From Natronospirales bacterium (GTDB taxonomy: Bacteria; Pseudomonadota; Gammaproteobacteria; Natronospirales; REEB76), in assembly GCA_018971605.1 (NCBI GenBank), contig JAGXAL010000002.1:1-59449 (forward strand): DNA of 59,449 nucleotides, read 5' to 3'. Of the stretch, positions 53,843 through 59,449 are shown in pieces (positions within the stretch are counted from its first letter, which is position 1; every line of letters starts with the position of its first letter). Below the pieces are notes generated by a model, which was not told the DNA's origin, ran no database searches, and saw only the letters and a program-made list of their open reading frames with translations. The translations under genes were made by a program, and so were the position numbers.

Positions 53843-54772
53843 ATGACTCCGAGGAAAGTCCTGGTCGTCCACTATGCCTCGCCCAGCGGCCAGTTGCGCG
53901 AGGTCATCCGCAAGCTGAGCGCACCGCTGGCCGAGGCCGGTCACATCGAAGTGCGCGAACTGATCCTGCGTCCCAAGGCGGCGTATCCGTTTCCCTGGCC
54001 GGTCTTGCAGTTTTTCGACACGTTTCCCGAGTGCATTTATCTCGACCCGCCGGAGCTGGAGCCCTTGGGGCTGGATGGCGGCGAACGCTTTGATCTGGTG
54101 ATTCTCGGCTACCAGGTGTGGTTCCTGTCGCCGTCATTGCCGACCACAGCGTTTCTCAAAAACCCTCTGGCACAGTCGGTGCTCAAGGACACACCGGTGG
54201 TGACGGTCATCGCCTGCCGCGACATGTGGCTCATGGCCCAGGAGCGCGTGAAGGAACTGCTGGCCAAAGCCGGCGCCAGACTGGTGGGCAACGTGGTGCT
54301 GGTGGACGAAGCTGGCAGCCTCGGCAGTTTTCTGGCGACGCCCTTGTGGATGCTGACCGGCAAACGCGGACCGCGACTGGGCGGCCTGATCCCGCGCGCC
54401 GGAGTCAAGCCCGAGCAGATTGACGCCAGCCGGCGATTCGGCGAACGCATCGCCCAGGTGTTGAGCCGGGAACAGCCGCTGGATGCCGGGCTGCTGCGCG
54501 ACCTGGGCGCGGTCCGGGTCAATACCCAGTTGATCGCCACCGAGCGCGCCGCGCGCCGCAGTTTTCTCGCCTGGGGGGCGTTGCTGCGCAAGCTCGGCAA
54601 GCAGGGCTCGCGCGCGCGCCAACCGGTGGTCATGATCTACATCGTGTTTCTGGTGCTGCTTCTTATCACGGTGCTGCCCGCGAGCGCGCTGCTGAAAACC
54701 TTGACCGCCCCACTGCTGCGCGCACGCATCGCCGCGCAGCGTGCCTATTTCAGTGAACCCTCCGGAAGTTGA
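53843..54772 (+). CDS. darA: dialkylresorcinol condensing enzyme DarA-like protein
   Basis: 309 aa with a flavodoxin-like N-terminus (VLVVHYASPSGQ), YQVWFLSPS and a C-terminal TM segment. It sits directly upstream of a KAS III-like gene, as in dar loci. The family was recognised from memory, not by search. Confidence 0.6.
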   Translation: MTPRKVLVVHYASPSGQLREVIRKLSAPLAEAGHIEVRELILRPKAAYPFPWPVLQFFDTFPECIYLDPPELEPLGLDGGERFDLVILGYQVWFLSPSLPTTAFLKNPLAQSVLKDTPVVTVIACRDMWLMAQERVKELLAKAGARLVGNVVLVDEAGSLGSFLATPLWMLTGKRGPRLGGLIPRAGVKPEQIDASRRFGERIAQVLSREQPLDAGLLRDLGAVRVNTQLIATERAARRSFLAWGALLRKLGKQGSRARQPVVMIYIVFLVLLLITVLPASALLKTLTAPLLRARIAAQRAYFSEPSGS

Positions 54773-54785
54773 AGCAGAGCCAGCC

Positions 54786-55943
54786 ATGACCGCGACGGCC
54801 TACATCACCAACCTTTCCGTCTTCCTGCCGAATGCGCCCGTGGGCAACGAACAGATGGAAGCGGTGCTCGGCATGATCGGTGGGCGTCCTTCGCGCGCGC
54901 GGCGCATCATCCTGCGCTCCAACGGTATCAAGACCCGTTATTACGCCGTGGATCCCGCCACCGGCAAAGCCACGCACACCAACGCGCAACTTACCGCGGA
55001 AGCCGTGCGTGGATTGGCCAACGGACATTTCCAACTGGATCAGATTGACTTGCTGGCCTGCGGCACCACCTTTGCGGATCAACTGGTGCCCAGCCATACC
55101 AACATGGTGCATGGTGAACTCAGGATTCCGCCTTGCGAGAACATTTCCACCTCCGGCGTCTGCATCAGCAGCACCACGGCGCTGAAATACGCGATGCTGG
55201 GCGTGGCCAGCGGGGAATTCCGGCACGCGGTAAGTGCCGGCTCGGAAACGCCGTCGTCGGTAATGCATGCCCGCAATTTCCAGGCGGAAAACGCCGCGCG
55301 CATCGCCGCCCTGGAGGAGCAGCCGGTGATGGCGTTTCAAAAGGACTTCATCCGCTGGATGCTGTCCGACGGCGCGGGTGCCGCGCTGATTGAACCGCAG
55401 CCCGCGCCCGAGGGCCTGTCGTTGCGGATAGACTGGATTGTGGAGCGCTCCTACGCCAACGAGCAACCGGCCTGCATGTATGGCGGCGCGGAAAAACTCG
55501 AAGACGGCCGGCTCAAGGGCTGGCCGCAATATGATCCCGCCGAGTGGGCGGAGCGCTCGGTGTTCACACTCAAGCAGGACGTGAAGCAGCTCAACGAGCA
55601 CGTGATGACGTACACTGTCGAGCGGCCGCTGCGGGAAATCCCGCAGCTTCGCAAGCTGAATCCTGCGGAGATTGATTTCTTCCTGCCGCACTACTCCTCG
55701 CATTATTTCCGCGACAAGGTGCGCGAGCACATGCTCAAGGCCGGTTTCGATATTCCCTTCGAGCGCTGGTTTACCAATTTGTACACCAAGGGCAATACCG
55801 GCGCGGCCTCGCTGTACATCATTCTCGAAGAGCTGTTTCATTCCGGCCGGCTTGAGCCCAGCCAGCGATTGCTGTGTTATGTGCCCGAGAGCGGACGCTT
55901 CAACACGGCTTGGGTGCACCTCACGGTGTGCGGGCCCAACTGA
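54786..55943 (+). CDS. darB: KAS III-like condensing enzyme (DarB-type)
   Basis: 385 aa with a thiolase/FabH-like fold. Active-site Cys context STSGVCISSTTAL. Later HY..H.F and NTGAAS motifs. Confidence 0.7.
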   Translation: MTATAYITNLSVFLPNAPVGNEQMEAVLGMIGGRPSRARRIILRSNGIKTRYYAVDPATGKATHTNAQLTAEAVRGLANGHFQLDQIDLLACGTTFADQLVPSHTNMVHGELRIPPCENISTSGVCISSTTALKYAMLGVASGEFRHAVSAGSETPSSVMHARNFQAENAARIAALEEQPVMAFQKDFIRWMLSDGAGAALIEPQPAPEGLSLRIDWIVERSYANEQPACMYGGAEKLEDGRLKGWPQYDPAEWAERSVFTLKQDVKQLNEHVMTYTVERPLREIPQLRKLNPAEIDFFLPHYSSHYFRDKVREHMLKAGFDIPFERWFTNLYTKGNTGAASLYIILEELFHSGRLEPSQRLLCYVPESGRFNTAWVHLTVCGPN

Positions 55944-55953
55944 GGCACCGCGC

Positions 55954-56358
55954 ATGAAAACCAACGAGGTTCCGCAGCAGAATGCCAAGGCATTCATGGG
56001 CCACAGCAAGCTGCTGTACGCCCAGGACCAGACGGGCCGCTACGTGGGCGCGCCTTCGAGCGGCTGGGAAGCCGAGGAAATCGTCCTGGACCAGGCGATT
56101 GGCGAGTACGTTCAGCTTGCGGCGGACGCCTGGCGGCGCGCCAAAGCCGGAGCGGCTTCCACGCTTGAATATCACATGTACCGTGAACGCATGGACGTGG
56201 TGCTGCTCGCGCAAAGCACGGGTTTTCCAAAATGGCGGGTGCGCCGGCATCTGAAATCCGGCGTATTTCAGAAATTACCGCTGCGTCACCGGCAGCGTTA
56301 TGCCGAGGCACTGGGCAAAACGCCGGAGCAGCTCGAGCGGCTGCCCGAACAGCCATGA
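55954..56358 (+). CDS. hypothetical protein, translationally coupled to the BtrH-like gene
   Basis: 134 aa. Its stop overlaps the next ATG (ATGA). The C-terminal half is basic and HTH-like (FPKWRVRRHLKSGVFQKL). I did not recognise a family. Confidence 0.5.
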   Translation: MKTNEVPQQNAKAFMGHSKLLYAQDQTGRYVGAPSSGWEAEEIVLDQAIGEYVQLAADAWRRAKAGAASTLEYHMYRERMDVVLLAQSTGFPKWRVRRHLKSGVFQKLPLRHRQRYAEALGKTPEQLERLPEQP

Positions 56359-57374
56359 ATGCCGTGACCGCGCCGGCGGACATCGAAATACCCTTCGACC
56401 ACCGGCAAAGCGCGCACTGCGAAAGCGGCGCGATCGCTTCGCTGTTGCGGCACGCGCAGCTGCCAATATCCGAACCCATGGCCTTCGGCATTGCCGCGGG
56501 GCTGACCTATGCCTACCTGCCGTTCCTGAAATTCGGCGGCCTGCCGCTGTTTGCCTACCGCATGCCTCCCGGCCACGTGATCCGCGGTCTGGCCAAGCGC
56601 CTCGGCATCCGCATGCATTTCGAAAGATTCACGCAGCCCGAGGCCGGCATGGCGGCGCTCGATGGTTATCTGGCCGCAGGCCGCGTGGTCGGCATCCAGA
56701 CCTCGGCCTATTGGCTGACGTATTTCCCGCCGGACATGCGCTTCCACTTCAACGCCCACAATCTGGTGGTTTACGGCAAGCGCGGCGATCAGTATCTGAT
56801 CAGCGATCCGGTGATTGACATCCGCGTGCAATGCGCAGCCCAGGCGCTCAAGAAAGCGCGCTTCACGCGCGGCGTGCTGGCGCCCAAGGGGCTGCTTTAC
56901 TATCCGCAATCCGTGCCGGCGCAGGTGGATTTCACGGGTGCCATCCGCAAGGCGATCCGCTTCACCACCGGCATGATGCTGTACACGCCGGCGCCGATCC
57001 TGGGCGTGCGCGGCATCCGCACCGTGGCGAGAAAAATCCGCAGACTCGATCCGCGCGCCGCGCATCACAACAAGCTGCTGCTGGGGCACATCGTGCGCAT
57101 GCAGGAGGAAATCGGCACCGGCGGCGCCGGCTTCCGTTTCCTGTACGCTTCGTTCCTGCAGGAAGCCGCCGTGGTGCTCGGCAAACCCGCGCTCACGCAA
57201 ATCGCCGACGAGCTGACCGCGGTCGGCGACGAATGGCGGCGCTTCGCGTTGCATGCCGCCAAAATGTGCAAGGACCGGATGCCGATGGATTACGCGCTGC
57301 TGTCCGGCCAATTGCTGGATTGCGCGAGTCGCGAAGAAAAAATTTACCGGTGGCTACGTGCCGAAGTGAAATAG
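56355..57374 (+). CDS. BtrH N-terminal (papain/C39-like) domain + DUF4872-type protein
   Basis: 339 aa. The N-terminus HRQSAHCESGAIASLL carries a candidate catalytic Cys, as in the butirosin BtrH N-terminal domain family. Confidence 0.6.
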   Translation: MNAVTAPADIEIPFDHRQSAHCESGAIASLLRHAQLPISEPMAFGIAAGLTYAYLPFLKFGGLPLFAYRMPPGHVIRGLAKRLGIRMHFERFTQPEAGMAALDGYLAAGRVVGIQTSAYWLTYFPPDMRFHFNAHNLVVYGKRGDQYLISDPVIDIRVQCAAQALKKARFTRGVLAPKGLLYYPQSVPAQVDFTGAIRKAIRFTTGMMLYTPAPILGVRGIRTVARKIRRLDPRAAHHNKLLLGHIVRMQEEIGTGGAGFRFLYASFLQEAAVVLGKPALTQIADELTAVGDEWRRFALHAAKMCKDRMPMDYALLSGQLLDCASREEKIYRWLRAEVK

Positions 57375-58217
57375 CGTCCAGTCCCGGTCCGGGGTTCCGC
57401 TTGCCAGATACAGGTTGCCCGCGGTTCCAGCAGCAACGAATTCCGTAACCCAGGCCGCCTCCAGGCTGTCGTGAAAGGGCGCGTTCGGGTGGGGTGCGGA
57501 GACCTCGGCGAATTGCCGTTGCAACGCCGCGGCTGTTGATGATTCCGTCCGTCCACTGCAGCGCAACTGGTCGCCCGGCCGCCACACTGATTTCAAGTAG
57601 TCTGAAATTTCCGCAAAACTTGCGAAGCGCTTTGTGGTCAGCACGCTGGCGGCGCTCGCAGAGGCTTGCAACAACAGCCAGTGACTGCCCTCGGCGACCG
57701 CTGTGCCTGCCGGCAAGCCTTGCCGCCGGCGATGGGCCGCGAGCGGCTGCGTGACTTCCTCCACAATTCCCACCAGCGCCTGCGTCATGATGCCGAGGGC
57801 CAGATCCGCCAGCGCTGTGTTCAACACCGCTTGCAGGCTGGCGCCGCGCCGCGAGATGAAAACATTTTGAGCGCTCAGCTCCAGGTTCCGGGCGATGTAA
57901 TAGCCGGCGCTGCCGCCCAGGGTGTTGATGAAATCGAAGGGCCTTGGGATGTTGCGCTCGCGGATCAGCTGCTCCTGGGTGGCGATGTTGCTGCCCATGG
58001 GGCCGAGTCCCGAGCCGAGATAAAGGCCGCAGTCCGGTTGCAGCGCCACACCCAGGGCGCAGCGTGCCGAGCCGAGCAGCGCCAGATGGATGAAGCGGTC
58101 CACGCGCCTGAAAGGTTCCCGGCACAATCCTGCAAGCATGTCGTCCAGCGCCGGCAGCGTGTCAGCATCACCGAGCGGCTGAAAGTAATGACTGGCGGCG
58201 GCAATGCCGATCTTCAC
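57354..58217 (-). CDS. ketosynthase chain-length-factor-like protein (no active-site Cys), aryl-polyene type
   Basis: 287 aa. Its GTG start overlaps the upstream KS stop (GTGA). It has a KS-like fold but no C-H-H triad context. Confidence 0.65.
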   Translation of the reverse strand: MKIGIAAASHYFQPLGDADTLPALDDMLAGLCREPFRRVDRFIHLALLGSARCALGVALQPDCGLYLGSGLGPMGSNIATQEQLIRERNIPRPFDFINTLGGSAGYYIARNLELSAQNVFISRRGASLQAVLNTALADLALGIMTQALVGIVEEVTQPLAAHRRRQGLPAGTAVAEGSHWLLLQASASAASVLTTKRFASFAEISDYLKSVWRPGDQLRCSGRTESSTAAALQRQFAEVSAPHPNAPFHDSLEAAWVTEFVAAGTAGNLYLASGTPDRDWTLFHFGT

Positions 58218-59362
58218 GCGGGTTTCTCCAGCACCAGCACCGTGTTGTTGCCGCCGAATCCGAAATGATTGAGCAGGTAATGTCCCGGCTCTGCGGATGC
58301 CTCTGTCCGCAGCGGATGTACTTCAAGCTGGGGGTCCGGAACCTCGAAGCCGGGCGTCGCGGGCAGGAAGCCCTGCTGCAGCGCGCCCGCATACAACACC
58401 AACTCGTTCACGCCGCAGGCCCCGAGCGTATGTCCGAGGTAGGGCTTGAGCACCGACAGCGGCGGCAGTTCCTCGAATACCTGTCGAAGTCCAAGCGCTT
58501 CGGCAGTGTCGCCGGCGGGGGTGGCGGTGCCGTGCGCCTTGATGCCGCACACTTGCGCCGCGTGCAACCCGGCGTTATCAAGACTGGCACGCAACACCGC
58601 GGCCACGGATTTTCCGTCCGGGTTGGCGGTCACCACGCTCCAGCCGTCGCAGTTGTTGGCGCCGCCCAGCAGGCGCAACTCGCCGGTCGAGCCGGGTTGC
58701 GCCGACAACAGCACCGCGCCGACACCTTCGCCCAGCACCAGACCCTGGCGCCGTGCGTCGAACGGCTGCACACGCTCCGCCGTGAGCTGCAAACCATGGA
58801 AGCCCGCAAGCGTGGTGCGATTCGCAAGCTCCGCACCGACCACGAGCGCCTGCGGGTATTCGCCCACGGCGAGCATGCGCAGCGCTGCCAGCAGCGCGTT
58901 GGCGGAGGAGGTGCAAGCGGTGTTGTAATTGTAAGTGTCGCCACGGCTGCCGAGGGCATGCTGCACTGCCGAGGCGATGCCCTGGTATCCGCAGAAGGGC
59001 ATGGGAATTGCGTTGCGCGCATCCCGCACGAGGGCTTGCGTATAGCCTGCTTCGCTGGAACCGATAGAAAAGCACGAGGAACCGACGAACACCGGCAGCG
59101 TTCGCCTCTCCGCGCTGCTCAGCCCGGCGCGCGCCAACACTTGGCGGACCACCTGCTGCAGCAGTGCCTGGAAACGTGCCGGGTCAAACGAACCCGCGCC
59201 GTCGGGAATGCGGTAGTACGGCAAGCGCAGTGGCTCGGCGAATCCGTCCACTATCAATTGTTCCGGGGAGGCTTTGCCGCTGCGCATGGCCGTCACGCAA
59301 GCCTCGGCATCAAGTCCGAGCGTACAACTCAGGCCCGTGCCGCGAATATAGGCAGCAGGCAT
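58214..59362 (-). CDS. beta-ketoacyl synthase (aryl-polyene-type KS)
   Basis: Active-site context YNTACTSSANAL. His contexts KAHGTATPAGD and KPYLGHTLGACG. C-terminal NHFGFGGNNTVLVLE. Confidence 0.85.
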   Translation of the reverse strand: MPAAYIRGTGLSCTLGLDAEACVTAMRSGKASPEQLIVDGFAEPLRLPYYRIPDGAGSFDPARFQALLQQVVRQVLARAGLSSAERRTLPVFVGSSCFSIGSSEAGYTQALVRDARNAIPMPFCGYQGIASAVQHALGSRGDTYNYNTACTSSANALLAALRMLAVGEYPQALVVGAELANRTTLAGFHGLQLTAERVQPFDARRQGLVLGEGVGAVLLSAQPGSTGELRLLGGANNCDGWSVVTANPDGKSVAAVLRASLDNAGLHAAQVCGIKAHGTATPAGDTAEALGLRQVFEELPPLSVLKPYLGHTLGACGVNELVLYAGALQQGFLPATPGFEVPDPQLEVHPLRTEASAEPGHYLLNHFGFGGNNTVLVLEKPA

Positions 59363-59368
59363 GCAGGT

Positions 59369-59449
59369 TCAGCGGCTGGAATCGGAAAGGATGAAGTCCG
59401 CAAGCGCATTCACGGAAGCCAGCGCCGCGCGCGTCTGGTTGCTGCCGTC
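59369..59449 (-). CDS. 3' end of an upstream gene (possibly an acyl carrier protein); start lies outside the window
   Basis: The open frame reads ...DGSNQTRAALASVNALADFILSDSSR* and ends 6 nt before the KS start. The ACP call rests only on context and a helix-like C-terminus. Confidence 0.3.
   Translation of the reverse strand, partial: DGSNQTRAALASVNALADFILSDSSR

Noticed and set aside
1-59449. A search for CRISPR arrays, tRNA/rRNA genes, IS elements, integrases, phage or toxin-antitoxin/defence modules
   Set aside because: I found no regularly spaced direct repeats, no tRNA-like cloverleaf candidates in the short intergenic regions, and no ORF with transposase, integrase, restriction, Cas or typical toxin motifs. 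The recurring 14-mers are promoter boxes, not an array.

Overview
This is a GC-rich, proteobacterial-type chromosomal window that is densely coding, with about 58 supported CDS. I saw no rRNA, tRNA, CRISPR array, transposase or integrase. All family assignments come from motifs read in the translated ORFs; no database search was run.

The left edge holds the 3' end of fabB, an alpha/beta hydrolase and a GpsA-like gene.

From about 2.3 to 42.7 kb, almost every transcription unit is preceded by the same 14-bp Crp/Fnr-family box (TTGATCCAGGTCAA and close variants). There are 12 boxes plus one related 16-bp palindrome. Nearly all are centred 31-33 bp upstream of a TAnnnT-like -10 hexamer, which is class II activator geometry. 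A Crp/Fnr regulator that keeps the E--SR recognition helix but lacks the FNR cysteine cluster is encoded inside this region.

The boxed genes look like a low-oxygen/NO persistence island:
- a DksA-like protein
- a FadH/OYE Fe-S flavoprotein translationally coupled to a tail-less class II RNR
- Hsp20 + zinc-ribbon + Host_attach
- tandem USP + small ORF + HdeD
- DUF302-SQR-DUF2892 running straight into a TolC-MFP-RND pump
- lipoprotein + Pat-type acetyltransferase
- flavodoxin
- CBS + APH/P-loop protein
- a P1B-5-type ATPase with a hemerythrin tail, divergent from cytochrome b + periplasmic hemerythrin
- PolX
- two tandem paralogous five-gene cNOR cassettes (norC, norB, two small membrane proteins, cytochrome c) that lack norQD

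Downstream of these lie a FabG-like SDR, metE, a PrpD-family/ComA-family pair and a FAD-linked 2-hydroxyacid dehydrogenase. Next come a NarL-type two-component system with an extra REC protein and a degenerate GGDEF protein, fabV, and a low-GC lipoprotein islet. An aryl-polyene/dialkylresorcinol (APE-DAR) cluster runs off the right edge.
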